A stretch of DNA of 63,005 nucleotides, filler included, from Basidiobolus ranarum (GCA_040143965.1; 43 parts of 43 records of this genome joined end to end with filler, not necessarily neighbours in it), one strand, 5' to 3'; shown: positions 11,790 through 25,023, numbered from the whole stretch's first letter. A program made the numbers and translations. The notes: a model not told the origin generated them from the sequence alone.

Positions 11790-13161
11790 ATGAACCAACT
11801 CATTGGGCTCTTGCCCTTGTTGGAGGTGTTACCTCAATTCTAGTGGTGAGTTGTGTAGATTCTTCTTGTGAAATAGATACCTTATCCATAGTCTCTTCAA
11901 CTCAGAGTGATCTAGTACATCTGTGCAATGTCTTGACTGCTCCGATTTGCCTTTGGGAATTTCTTCTGATTCAATAAATTGTCTTGCTTTTCTCTTTACA
12001 CCTCTGTTGATTACTCTTGCCATAGTATCCTGAGATGTTGTTTTGAACTCTGCAACCTCCATCAACAGTTGCTGCACAGTCTCATTGAGTATTGGTAGAT
12101 ATCTATTTAGAACATCTTTTGTTGGTAAAGTTGAGGCTGCAACAGTTGCTTCTGGTTCGTACAAGTAAAAACATGATTGGAATCAAGTCTTTGCAGACTC
12201 AAAATCAAAATTCCTTTTTCTCAATTCACACTTTTGATCCTCATGATTCATATTGAATATTTCTTGCAGACTTTTGAAGGCATGAAGATATAGTATTCTC
12301 TCCAAAGCAGAGTCAAAAGTTGCTTCCACTTTTGTCTAATGCCCTCTTCCCCAGCTTCTGTCAAGTTCATCAATAACACCCATATATCCAAGCAAGAATT
12401 CATAGTGGATACCCGGGCATCTGGAAAATCATTAGGTGCATGCTGCTTTGCACCACCCACACCTTCATTCAACTGTGCATATGAAATTTTGGAAGTGGTG
12501 GTTTCCTGTACCAAAGTAGGTTGTGAATCAGGAAGAATCAGTTTTGACATGATACATAACTATCATGTATATCTATGATGATAGACTTTATTGGTTTCAA
12601 TCAGAACTAGGGATCTTTTTATATTATTGGTTAAAATGGCAAAGTTAATTTCCTATAGTGTGATCAAGCATAATGCATTCTACTTTGAGCCATTTTGATA
12701 TGTATGCTAAATAAATTGATTCAGATCAAACTATGATTAACTTTGTTGATGCAGTTTAATAAACAATTGCCATGCAATCACACATAATTGAAACAATTAG
12801 GATAATTAATACAAACAGAAATTTTATTATACAGAATGTAGGGAATTTTACCATGATAAATGAAATTCTTAGATAAATAACTCACATGCACCAGATCAAT
12901 CAGTATCATGCCAGCTCAATACAGGATTAATATCATGTTCTCCATCTACTCTAAATTGTCATTCCTCATTAATTCAAAAGCAACTACTGGCTTTCCTATT
13001 ACTACCCTAGAAGCTATATTTGAGAAATCCTGTGGCTCATATACTCCAACACCTACCAGAAAGCAGCTAGTCAATTTGTTTTGTTACTACAAAAACTATT
13101 GTCCAATCAGATTTCAGTGCACTATTAATGGTAGCAAAAGTGGGAGAGGCTTCCATACCAG
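11790..13161 (-). mobile_element. Second copy of the Myb/SANT-like ORF repeat (ORF broken)
   Basis: Colinear with 7380-8415. ORF pieces at 12248-12550 and 11829-12164. Confidence 0.7.
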
Positions 13162-13261
13162 NNNNNNNNNNNNNNNNNNNNNNNNNNNNNNNNNNNNNNN
13201 NNNNNTTAATTAATTAANNNNNNNNNNNNNNNNNNNNNNNNNNNNNNNNNNNNNNNNNNNN

Positions 13262-13502
13262 GTGTTCAGAACATCTGTGGGAGTAAAATGAGCTATCTTT
13301 GGGGCAATTTGGACGAGTTTGAAATTTCCAATATGTAATTGCTAATTCTCACATAATTCACATATATATAAAATATATGTTCCAATTTGCAGCTAAGTGA
13401 TATTTGACTAAATAATGTTGACTAACTAATATGTGATATATGAAATAGTTAGGTGTATAAAGATAGGGATAACATAGATGATAAAGACAATAAACTTCAA
13501 CA
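13262..13502 (-). repeat. Copia LTR family A, partial, inserted into Ty3/gypsy pol
   Basis: Ends AATAAACTTCAACA (reverse complement of the TGTTGAAGTTTATT LTR start). Confidence 0.9.
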
Positions 13503-14632
13503 CAGAATCCCTGGAGTACTTTCCCAGCACATTAAGCATCACCATCCCATTGCCTTTGAGTCCAAGAAACTTACTCAGGCTGAAGTAAACTACCCTGTGC
13601 ATGAAAAGGAACTTTATGCAATCTTTAAATGCTTCAAAACATGGAGATGCTACTTAGAAGGATCCAAGACAACAGTAAAAACTGATCATGCATCTTTAAG
13701 ACATCTACTAACTCAGAAACAGCTATCTAGACATGTTACCAGATGGATAGAGTACTTACAAGGATTTGACTTTGAAATTCTATACATTTCAGGCAAGAAA
13801 AATGTTGTTGCTGACACTTTATCAAGAATCCCTTACACAAAGATGAAGTTAATACTATAGTGGATCAGACTGAATGGCCTGGACTTCTACTTCAGTACTG
13901 GAGTGATGGAAGCCTACCTACTGAATGTAGCCAAGAGGTCAAAGACTTGGTGATCTCAAAGCACTCTGAATTTGTGGAAACTGATGGAGCAATCTTTAGG
14001 AAAACACCCAAGGGCAACATCCCATACATTCCCTTTGTGATGAGAACAGATCTAATAGCTAAATTTCACCATGGCTATGGCCATTTGGGCACTGCTGGAA
14101 CATTCAACCTACTAGAAACAAGAGCCTGGTGGCCAGATATGCTTAAAGATGTTCAAAATTTGGTAAAAGCTTGTCCTGAATGCCAACTAACCCAAAACCA
14201 TAAGAAGAACACCTCTGAGATGTATCCTTTGCCTACCACTGAACCTTTCCAAAGATGGGCACTTGACTTTATTGGTATACTGCCAAAGACTGATACTGGC
14301 TTCCAGTGGATATTAGTGGGCATAGATCATTGTACCAAATGGCCTGTAGCAAGAGCTGTAAAGAATGCCACCCACCAAGAAGTAGCCAAGTTCATCTATG
14401 AGGAAATACTCTTACAATTTGGATGCCCAACCAAAATTCTGACTGACAGAGGTGCAAATTTCATGGCAGACTCTCTAGAACACTATCTGGAACTCCAAAA
14501 GATCAAGCACCTACAAACTTTGGCATATCATCCAAGAACTAATGGGGCTGTTGAAAGATTCAATGGTTTATTTGGAAGAATGCTCACAAAGTACTGTAAA
14601 GGAGCAACACACAAGTGGGAACAATTTATACA
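13503..14632 (+). mobile_element. Ty3/gypsy pol: RNase H, integrase zinc finger and catalytic core
   Basis: HPIAFESKKL..AEVNYPVHEKELYAI, TDHASL, HxxxGHLG...CPECQ, WALDFIG, TDRGANF, YHPRTNGAVERFN. Confidence 0.95.
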
Positions 14633-15927
14633 NNNNNNNNNNNNNNNNNNNNNNNNNNNNNNNNNNNNNNNNNNNNTTAATTAATTAANNNNNNNNNNNN
14701 NNNNNNNNNNNNNNNNNNNNNNNNNNNNNNNNACATTGTTATTCAACGCTTATCTGGCTAAGCTCGTTATCATTGAACTATGTATAGATGCTTAAACTAT
14801 CTATAGAAAAGCTGAATACTGGGCATAGTGCTATGTACGCTTGTCCTCAACATCGCAATGTCACACGAAGAGAAATCACGATAGGGATCATTTGCAAGCC
14901 TGGCCTAGATTCTAACTAGCAAAGCAGAGCAATGTCAGATTTGAGAATCTACAATTGACTGCTATGATTTGAGTGGATTGCTTCTCCCCACAACATTGAA
15001 TGAGAGGGTAAAATCCGTTAAGCAGTCAATATAACAGCGTATTGAGTGATAGATTCCATAATGATACAATGGAAAGTGACACGGAGATGCACAACATTTT
15101 TACTTCTCTGTCTGGATGATATCGTTAATGGGTAGGGTTAGGGCTCGATATCTTGAAACAAGCTCGTTTATTAATTAAAGCAATTTACAGCCTTTCTTGG
15201 CATTCTATATTATATTGATCTCTGAGCCGCTATTCCGCTGGTAAAATGCGCTAATATTATATTTGGTGCTGATAGAGCCACTTGATTGGTTGCACTTCTT
15301 TCCTTTTGGAGTAAAATTTTGGATCGTGTATGTTGATACTAATCTGAGCCATCAGCCATCTGCTATAAAATCCAGATGTCGACAGCATATGTTCAGTGCA
15401 TTGGCGCTGGATATTGATGTGTTTTATTATGTTTCTAAGTCAAGGTGAAGTGTTATTGGATGTTCGAATATGGAAAAAGGCAATTAGTCTGAATCGGAAT
15501 ATCATTGGCTAGCGCTCGAATTAATGCCCACTTTATGGATCTATAGATGGTGTTCTTTGTTATAAATGAAAATCATCTTTCCTATAGCTTAAAGGGGTTT
15601 TTACAAATATTTGGAATATTGAATTATAAACAGAATCGTCCACTTCATTTAAGAGCAGAGTATAATGACGTAATTTAGTCCAACTCATAGAATTCCATCA
15701 GCATGGAAATGTCTCTCTCTGCCACCTATTGACACTCAGAATTCGGCCATTTGACAAATTAAAATGATGTGATGTGATGTTTAGGGAGGGCGATGAAAGC
15801 GTTAGATGGTACGAATTTTAATGTCAAGTGTTCAAGTAGTTGTTAGAGATGGAGTGAAAAGAAGTGAAAAAAGTTTAAACAGAAAGCATTCGATAGTTTA
15901 CTCGCATTTATAAGAAAGCGCTTGACT

Positions 15928-16101
15928 TTACACTACATCATTTAACGGTGTTTCATCCTCATGGTATAAAAACTTCGTTGGGATGTCGTACGTGTCATAC
16001 CAGTTAATTCCTTTTAATCTACTGGCATTCCCATTACTCCAGAAATCGAGGCAGTTCGAGTAACATCCAAAGTCAAAAGGATTATGGTTGGGGTTAATTC
16101 G
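15928..16101 (-). CDS. AKR1: DHHC palmitoyltransferase (Akr1-like), C-terminal fragment
   Basis: RINPNHNPFDFGCYSNCLDFWSNG...INWYDTYDIP...DVV*. NPFDxGxxxNCxDFW is the C-terminal motif of Akr1/ZDHHC17-type enzymes. Confidence 0.75.
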   Translation of the reverse strand, partial: RINPNHNPFDFGCYSNCLDFWSNGNASRLKGINWYDTYDIPTKFLYHEDETPLNDVV

Positions 16102-16203
16102 GCNNNNNNNNNNNNNNNNNNNNNNNNNNNNNNNNNNNNNNNNNNNNTTAATTAATTAANNNNNNNNNNNNNNNNNNNNNNNNNNNNNNNNNNNNNNNNN
16201 NNN

Positions 16204-17215
16204 GAGCATAATATGTGTGGGACCATTAAGCCTATGCAATGACCCAAAATTGCTTGGTCACATGAAAGTAGAAGTCTCATAGGAACGCCAGCGGACCAAA
16301 AGACTCTGAATTGTTGAAGATTATTGTCTTTATCATATTTGTTATCTCTATCTTTATACACCTAACTATTTCATATATCACATGACAGTTAGTTAACATT
16401 ACTTAGGCAAATATCACTTAGCTGATAATTGGAACATATATTATATATATATATGTGAATAATGTGAGAATTTGCAATTCCATATTGGAAATCTCAAACT
16501 CATCCAAATTGCCCCCAAGATAGCCTATTTTACTCCCACAGATGTTCTGAACACAACCCCAGTGTCTGTTTTCTGTATTTCCACCAAAATGTATAAATGC
16601 TATATTTCTGGACAATAAATAATTATCTCACAATGCTATTTGCAATTCCACTTTTCTAAAGTTCATCCAAACAGCCCATATTTTCCCAACATGAACGTCA
16701 GAGCTGCCTTCACTTGCTCAGATGATGGGTGGTTTAACATTTTAGAAACTATGTGGAATGTTACCCAAAATCACCTGGATTTGAGCCAATTGTGGAAAAA
16801 CCAAAAACCAGGTGTTATTCTGAAGGTTCTTGACTAATTTCATGTGGCTTATCCTGGGTTTTTGCAAGCAGATGGCAATTGGGCTAGTATAGGCCTTTTC
16901 ATGAAATATCTTACAAATGTACACAATTATTAACTTGGAAAAGAAAAGCAGCTAAAGAAGTACTCAAGGAGCAGGAAGTTAGTAAACCCAAGGGAAAAGC
17001 AAAGGAACCAGTGAGCTTAGGCTCTACTGTCCCACTGACAAAATTCCTCAGATCATTACAAAGATCTACATTTCTAGAGTCAGATATATTGGCAAAAAAG
17101 CTTAACTTTACAATTGAACCAGGTACACCAATTGGAAGAGTGGTAAATTTGGAAGCTTATCCAACACCTGGCACCTCTCAACAAGCCAAAACACCAGCAA
17201 ATAAAGCTCATTGCT
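16204..17215 (+). mobile_element. CMC-like transposon second ORF (3' part), interrupted by a solo LTR
   Basis: Aligns with 21660-21985 and 29100-29326 on either side of the LTR. Confidence 0.7.
16312..16691 (+). repeat. Complete solo LTR, copia family A (380 bp), with 5-bp TSD TGAAT/TGAAC
   Basis: TGTTG...CAACA termini. Flanks TGAAT (16307-16311) and TGAAC (16692-16696). Empty site GACTCTGAATGTCAGA near 21755. Confidence 0.93.
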
Positions 17216-17229
17216 CTCAAATGTCAACT

Positions 17230-17574
17230 TGTACTTTTCAAAGTGTTCATTCCTCAACAAAGCAAACTCCTTTCTTTGCAAATTATGGATTCCATCCTTA
17301 TTTCACAATTCACCCACCATCCAATCTATGTTGCCCTGCTGCCTCAGACCATGCCCCTTTCCTTAAGGACATCTATAAATAATTAATATCTGAGTTGGAG
17401 CATGCTCAATCCCAATACAAGAACTTTGCTGATAAGAAAAGAAAGCCAAGCCCTGATCTCAAGCCAGGAGATTATGTTTGGCTACTCCGGAAGAATATCA
17501 AAACCACTAGACCTTGTGATAAACTTGATCATCAAAGACTAGGGCCTTTTAAGATTATAAAGCAAATCAATTCA
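17230..17574 (+). mobile_element. Ty3/gypsy integrase C-terminal region
   Basis: HSSTKQTPFFANYGFHP; AQSQYKNFADKKRK...GDYVWL...KLDHQRLGPFKI. Confidence 0.9.
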
Positions 17575-17674
17575 NNNNNNNNNNNNNNNNNNNNNNNNNN
17601 NNNNNNNNNNNNNNNNNNTTAATTAATTAANNNNNNNNNNNNNNNNNNNNNNNNNNNNNNNNNNNNNNNNNNNN

Positions 17675-19045
17675 CATGACTTCAGGCTTTTCAGATCACT
17701 GGTGAAAGCCAAACAACCATTTGGACATGAAGGCAGTTCAATTACTGAAGGATTATAAGTCATACAATTGACAAGTGTTTTCCACTTGTGCCAGGTCTGT
17801 GGCAAGCAAAAGTTGCCAATCAACTGTTGTAAAAGTGTAATAAAACCAATAAACACTTGGTTGCTAAGATTGAATTGAACTCTCCACTCCTCAATAATCA
17901 AAGCTGCTTCCTTTACTGTAAGAATTATGACTGGACTAATGTTTTCCAATAACACAGAGTCCATAACAAAACCATCATCTTCTTCTTCAACTTCTGATAT
18001 ACTACCATTGGTACTGGAATAACAAAGGTCAACATCTAGCTGCAAGTCCTCTAAGTTGTCTGGACCTACTGGTTTGACCAAAGTTGCATTTTGACCTACA
18101 TCATTCTGGTCATACAACTTTGGTAACTCCACAGTATCTTGACTTTTGGCATTGTTACCAAAACTTTGAGGCAAACTACAGTCAGTGGACTCAATAGGCA
18201 AAACTAAAGTTGATTTGGTGCACTTATTACTGTTGTTATACACCAGGCTTTGTGCAGCTGGTGTCTTTTTACAGTGACCATGCCTGTGATTATTTTTTCT
18301 ATGAAGCCTCCAGCTTTCATGGCAAAAGAATTTGCAACAGTGATAGCAGGGCTTCTTTAAATGTTTGTGTTGTGGCATGAGAAGGATATTGAAGAAAAAA
18401 GAACACCTCCAACATAAGGGTGATATTTTAGGTATAGCCCATCAATATCATCAGCTGATTCTGCAATGGTGTCACAGATGAGTCATCAGGGGATTTACAA
18501 GATATTTCCGGTAATGGATGGCAATTTTGGTTTATTATAAGCTGTTTCTATGCAATTTCAATACACCAAGTTTACCATCTCAAAACTTCAATGCCATTCA
18601 ACAAGTATACAAAATCTAAGTCAAAATCAGTTTCCAGGCAAAAGCCTGCTGGCATAAAAGGAAAAAAACCAGCAAGAACAGAGGACTTAATTGATGTGCA
18701 GTCTAGCAATCCCCTATCCACTTTGGAAGGAACTAATATGCTGGAAACTAACTCAAGTAATGATGAAGCATTAATCAATTTACCAGATGTGTTCCTTTCC
18801 AGCAATAGTTCAAGTGAAGAGATTGTAATCCCCCAATTACATAGTAAATCAATAGTTGAGCAAAGTTCAACCAAAACACCGTCAAGACCATCAACTTCCA
18901 AAATGGCTACTTTGCCCACTATTGAACAACCTTCCATAGAAAATTTGGATAGAATTATTACAACAAGGGAATTGCAGGCAGAACACCATAATGATTTGTA
19001 TACAATCATAAGTAAAAACTATGAAGTTGCTATACAGGCCATGAC
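17675..19045. mobile_element. CMC/CACTA-like transposon centre: transposase N-terminus (minus, 17675-18378) and divergent ORF2 (plus, 18591-19045)
   Basis: Minus ORF has ...NLSNQVF...LPQTW...CPNGCLAF, typical of the tnp2-type N-terminal region, and continues into the 57259-58470 transposase. Same divergent layout at 20616-21985 and 27960-29326. Confidence 0.75.
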
Positions 19046-19145
19046 NNNNNNNNNNNNNNNNNNNNNNNNNNNNNNNNNNNNNNNNNNNNTTAATTAATTA
19101 ANNNNNNNNNNNNNNNNNNNNNNNNNNNNNNNNNNNNNNNNNNNN

Positions 19146-20515
19146 ACTGGTTCCATTACTGCATCACTATATTCAGCTGAAGGAAGTTTTCTGGATACTG
19201 GCTTTACTTTCTGGCTTACAGGCTTGTATTTTGTAAATGAGTGTGGAGTTGTGTTTTCTGGTTTAAAAGTATGGTATGTAAGCACTTCTCTCTGTTGTTC
19301 TTTGATAATTAGTGGTACATCTGAGGAGTTTCTGATATGAATACTTTCACTAGCACAGAAAGTAGTTCTTCTTTTTCTGTCCTCTGATGTTATTGTTAAC
19401 CATAGACTACCATCTGGTCTATTATCAGCTTGCAATAAAGCTCTTCTTTCATATGGTCTTCCAAGTAGTATGTCAAAGGATGGTCCATCTGATACAATAA
19501 AGAAGGGTGATGATACTTTGACTCCTCCAATATCTAATGATACTGCGTGACAGACTCCTAGCATCTTCTCAGAAGCACCATTTGCAGTTTTCATAGTCCA
19601 AGAAACCTCAGTTGAAGGAAGGTTAAGGCTTTTGAAGACAGACTCCTTGATAGCATTAATTTCTGAGCCAGAATCAAAGATACATTCCACTACTTGACCT
19701 TCTATGGTTGCTTTGTAAGATCCAGTAGCTATGGAGTAGTATGCCTTCTCTACTTCTAATCTTAGCTGCTCAGGTGTAAAGGATTTGTCTAAATTCTGAG
19801 AGATGTGATATTCATTTGGACAATGCACCAAGTTATTGTTAACTTCTTTCTTAACAGGCTTGAAGAGTGCTGGCAGAGTTTGCTGTAGATGTTCCACTGC
19901 TGAAAACATCTCTTGGTTGGTGATTTGAGGAAATGGTGACTTTAAGAACTTATCAATGACCTTTTGTGCAGTGGCAGAGTCAGCAACAGGCATCTGATAC
20001 TTTCCCTTTCTCTTAGTATCAGGTGGTGTTTCTTTTGATAATGGTACTATTACTTCCACTTCTGTCTTTGGTTCAGGTTTGAAACTTTTGTTTGGTTTCC
20101 AATCTTGACTTGCATCTTTTCTTTTCTCTATAAAAGAGTTAACTTCCTTTGCTTCTTCAGGTTCCATCAGATACTCATGAACCTCACCACTAGGTTCAGT
20201 AAGTGTACAGATGAATCTTTCTCTGGCTGGAACTCTAGGAATAGAGTCTACCTTGAAGTAGTTGCTGCTCTTGACTTCATTATTGGTACTGGATTTTCCT
20301 CTAATGAAAGCCATTATACCTCCATGCCCCTTGTTTAGGCTTAATGGATTTCCTTGACTATCACAGATCTTGCCATACTTGTTAATGGAAGCTCTGTTCT
20401 GGTCAATGTCTGTGTTGAGTTCCTGGCAACTTGATCTATAGTGTTCTTCAGATTCACAATAGATACAATACTTTGGTTTAAAAGTATTTTCTTTCCCTGA
20501 GGATGAGTTACTGTT
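19146..20515 (-). mobile_element. Ty3/gypsy gag-protease ORF, open across the whole contig (~456 codons)
   Basis: CIYCESEEHYRSSC zinc knuckle in frame upstream of the listed ORF, protease IFDSGSEIN, ILLGRPY, and KYKPVSQKVKPV. Confidence 0.85.
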
Positions 20516-20615
20516 NNNNNNNNNNNNNNNNNNNNNNNNNNNNNNNNNNNNNNNNNNNNTTAATTAATTAANNNNNNNNNNNNNNNNNNNNNNNNNNNNN
20601 NNNNNNNNNNNNNNN

Positions 20616-21985
20616 CAAGGTCAATTTAGTGCACTTATTACTCTTGTTATACACCAGGCTTTGTGCAGCTGGTGGCTTTGTTCAGTGACCATACTTGTGA
20701 TTATTTTTGTATGAAGCCTGTAGCTTTCATAGCATAAGAATTTTTGACAATGATAGCAGGGATTCTTTAAATGTTTGTGTTGCGGCATGAAAAGGATATT
20801 GTAGAAAAAGAACACCTCCTATATAAAGGTGGTATTTTAGGCATAGCCCATCAATATCATCAGCTGATTCTGAGATGGTGTCACAGATAAGTCATCAGGG
20901 GTTTTCCAAGATATATCTGGTAATGGATGACAATTTTGGTTTAATATCAGCTGTTTCTAAACAATTTCATTACAGCAAGTTTACCATCTGAAAATTTCAA
21001 TTCCATTCAAAAAGCATTTAAAATCTAAATCAAAAATGGCCTCCAAGCCAAAGCCTGCTGGCATGAAAGGATAGAAACCAGCAAGAACAGAGGACTTGAT
21101 TGATGAGCAGTCTAGTGATCCACTATCCACTTTGGAAGGCATTAACATGCCAGAAACTAACTCAAGTAAAGATGAAGCATTAATCAATTTACCAGACATA
21201 TTTCTTTCTGGCCATTGTGCAAGTGGAGAGATTGTAATCCCTCAATTACGTGGTAGATTAATAGTGGAGCAAAGTTCTACCAAAAGACCATCAAGACCAT
21301 CAACTTCCAAAATGGCTACTTTGCCCACTATTGAACAACCCTCCATAAAATATTTGGATAGAATTATTACAACAAGGGAATTGCAAGCAGAACCCCATAA
21401 TGCTTTGTATGCAATCATGAGTAAAAACTATAAAGTTGCTACACAGGCTATGACAAGCAATAACGCCACAATATTGCAATTAATGCAGTGCTTGGAAGCA
21501 ACCAGTCAACAGTTAGAGAGTCACTCAACAATGATACAAGACCTTCAAAAAGCTCTACTTGAGCTACAGTAGCATGCTGCTCCCTTTATCCATTCTCATA
21601 TGGAACTTCAATCAATCCCACACCACATATATGAACATCACCATGACAATCTAGCAGAGCAGAATATGTGTTGGACTATTAAGCCTACACAACAACCTAA
21701 AATTGCTTGGGCACATGAAAGTAGATATTTCATAGGAAAACCGGCAAACCAAAAGACTCTGAATGTCAGAACTGCCATCACTTGCTCCAAGAATGAGTGG
21801 TTTAGCATTTTGGAAACAGTGTGGAATCTTGCGTGAAATCATCTGGATTTGAGCCAATTGTGGAAAAACCATAATCCAGGCATTACTCTGAAGGTTCTTG
21901 ACATATATCATGTTGCTTATCCTAGGTTTTTGCAAGCAAATGGCAATTGGGCTAGTATAGGCCTATTCATGAAACATCTCAAAAA
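20616..21985. mobile_element. CMC-like transposon centre, copy 2 (transposase start, minus; ORF2, plus)
   Basis: Colinear with 18205-19045, and extends ORF2 to WNLAxNHLDLSQLWKN...YPRFLQANGNWAS. Confidence 0.75.
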
Positions 21986-22534
21986 NNNNNNNNNNNNNNN
22001 NNNNNNNNNNNNNNNNNNNNNNNNNNNNNTTAATTAATTAANNNNNNNNNNNNNNNNNNNNNNNNNNNNNNNNNNNNNNNNNNNNGATATTTCCATAAAA
22101 TAAGCGATTTCATTTGTTGCCAAGCTACCTATGAATTACCATGATAGAAAAATCGAATCCACGGCCTGAATATTTAATTAACCTATATGGAGTAACAAGG
22201 ACACGTTATATCACATTGAGCAAAATGTGCAGTATTTGTCCAATTGATTGAAGTGGCTCTTTTGCTTATGGCATTAGAGACAGTGGAGGAATGTATGCAA
22301 TGCAGATGCTTAAAATTAACCATTCATCGGAATATGAAATACATGTTACCACAGGCTCATGATAACTTAAACCACTTAATAGTGCTAATTAGTTGATAAA
22401 CTGCATAGCTTTTGTTTATTCGATAGAGCATCATCTATCAGTAATAGTATCTATAGCTGTGGGGAATTTGCACAAGTATACATGTTATTGGCCGCATAAA
22501 ACTATGCGTTGACTCTAAAATACTATTGCATTCC

Positions 22535-22969
22535 TCAGTATATTGTATATTTTGCCACAACAAGAAGAACACTTGTTAGAACGGCACTTGGGATATTCGA
22601 AACACTAGAACTCATTGTATATTTGTCCTCAGGTTTGGTATTATTACCACTTAATATTCCACTATAAACCGTGTTATTTATATTCCCTGATTGGGTTACA
22701 TACGGAGAAGGTACCATATTAGTCGCTGATGGTTGGTTATGTGCTTGGCCATTGGCAGTTACCGATGGTAAATGTTGACCATTGGTAGAATGTTGGGCAT
22801 TACAGAATCCTTCTCCCACACCACAAAAGCCCCAGGAAGAGCAGCATGCTCCAGCTGGACACTCGACACCATTTCCACATGTTCCATCAACGCTTAGAGC
22901 AGCTGAGGTTGGCTGGATAAGATAGGAAGCGGAAGCGAAGATGGCAATAGTAGCAATAGAGAATTTCAT
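22535..22969 (-). CDS. Secreted chitin-binding (CBM18/hevein) protein, probably GPI-anchored
   Basis: Signal peptide, then DGTCGNGVECPAGACCSSWGFCGVGEGFC (hevein CCSxxGxCG motif), an S/T/N-rich stalk and a hydrophobic C-terminus. Complete intronless ORF of 144 aa. Confidence 0.9.
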   Translation of the reverse strand: MKFSIATIAIFASASYLIQPTSAALSVDGTCGNGVECPAGACCSSWGFCGVGEGFCNAQHSTNGQHLPSVTANGQAHNQPSATNMVPSPYVTQSGNINNTVYSGILSGNNTKPEDKYTMSSSVSNIPSAVLTSVLLVVAKYTIY

Positions 22970-23554
22970 TTTAGAATTTAGAGAATTAAGTGATTAAAGT
23001 TAAGGGTTAGAGTTAGAGAAGCGCTGGAATAGTTCTACAAGCTGGTTTGAAATATATTTTGGATTTTATAAGGGACTGCTGTCTCAAAAATGGTATAATC
23101 TCCGTAAATGGATGATTTTGTTACAATCAATGTAAAATGTCATTACACATCCTATGCATTTCGATTGTGTGCTTAATGTCATTCTTTTCCCAGAAAAAGA
23201 TGCAGCAGGAGTATGAATAATGTTGCAATTATGAAAGGAGTAACGAAAGTAAGATACTGATGGCTTCCTTTGATGTCATGTGATTATCATTGGAATATTT
23301 GATAATGACGTTAAATTCTTGATGAACTAAGTTTGAAATAGGGAATTCTTAGTTGTTAACCAAATATATGTAATTCATGCAAATTACAAGTATTCCATTT
23401 GTTGTGAGCTTGGAACTTGGCAATAAGTGAGATCATAGATTCTGCGGTAATATGNNNNNNNNNNNNNNNNNNNNNNNNNNNNNNNNNNNNNNNNNNNNTT
23501 AATTAATTAANNNNNNNNNNNNNNNNNNNNNNNNNNNNNNNNNNNNNNNNNNNN

Positions 23555-24923
23555 GCAGATATCTGGGAAGAACTTAATACAGAGTGGCATAATATTTCAG
23601 GGTATCCACCAGATAGCTGGAAGAATGTTGATTCAGCAACATTAATACAATGGTGGGCTTTGATGAAGATATTGATACAAACTTGTGTTGGGTATGAGCT
23701 AAACCATGTGTATGAAGAACTCTATCAAAATACCCAGGAGAATATATCAAAGAGACTAGGGATTTTGACGGCAACAAATTAGCATTCAAGTGGTAATTGT
23801 GTAAAATTGGAGTTACGTTTTTCAGGAAAAAATATTAAAGAAACCAGGGATTTCAAAGGTCACAAATTTGCATTCAAGTAGTCAATGTGTAAAATTTGAG
23901 TTATGCTTTTTGCACATGTGTTGATCCATAGTTAACTGAGATTGTAGCCAATCATGTGCAACTATTTTGCAATATCTTGAAATTTCACTCCTGAAGCTGA
24001 AAAAATTGATTAAAAGCAATTTTAACATGACTATTTTATGATGGTAAGTAAATGTTCATCCCAATATGGACTAAAGTTGTGACTGTTCTCCTTCAATAAC
24101 ATTCCACAAATTTCTGTTAGAGCAATTGCTCTTTAGATTTTCAAAGATTTTCAATGGCATTAATATGGTCAGATGGTAAAATTGGTGAAATGAAATTGCA
24201 TAGAAACTGCTTATAATATTCCCATATTGCCATCCATTACCAGAGATATCCAATATATGATACACTGACTCATTAGTGCCACCATCTTAGAAATAGCTGA
24301 TGATAGCAATGAGTTGTATCCCTAACAGAAATTTGAGGTTTTTTTTGTAGGAATACCATCACAATTTTAATTCCTTTTTGATTGGCCATCTACTGACCAT
24401 CATAAAGCTGTCAAGTTGGATTTGATTTTAGTCAATTTTTTCAGTTTGCGGAGTGAAATTTTAAGATCTCACAGAATAGTTGCACATGATTGGCTACAGT
24501 CTCAGAGAGCTACAGATCAAAACATGGCTGAAAATGTAACTCAAATTTTCACATATACTACTTGATTGCTGATTTGTCACCTTTGAAATCTCTAGTTTCT
24601 GGGATATATACTCCTGCATATTTCTATTGAATTATTCATACCTAAGGTTTAGCTCATATCCTACATGAGTTTGTAACAATATCTCTATCAAAGCTCACCA
24701 TTGTATTAATGTTGCTGAATCAACATACTTCCAGCCATCTAGCAGATACCCTGCAATCTTGTGCCACTCTATATTAAGTTCTTCCCAGATATATGTGTGG
24801 TCAATACCACACTGAATGTCAAGTTGAATGTTCTTCTTCTGAAGCCACTTTCTGCATACTTGTGCTGCATTTTTCCTTAATACTTTTGCAAATGCTCCAC
24901 AAGCACTTTGACTAATTTATACA
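23555..24923. mobile_element. Two opposed CMC-like termini (ending 24122; starting 24320 CCCTAACAG) flanking a piece of the same element's intergenic region
   Basis: 23555-24122 and 24320-24923 are inverted copies of the subterminal region. 24130-24315 is the reverse complement of about 18435-18620. Confidence 0.7.
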
Positions 24924-25023
24924 NNNNNNNNNNNNNNNNNNNNNNNNNNNNNNNNNNNNNNNNNNNNTTAATTAATTAANNNNNNNNNNNNNNNNNNNNN
25001 NNNNNNNNNNNNNNNNNNNNNNN

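Noticed and set aside
13453-13502. Recurrent ORF start MYKDRDN... (also 16361, 43736) as a conserved protein domain
   Set aside because: It is the antisense reading of LTR-A running into whatever flanks the insertion.
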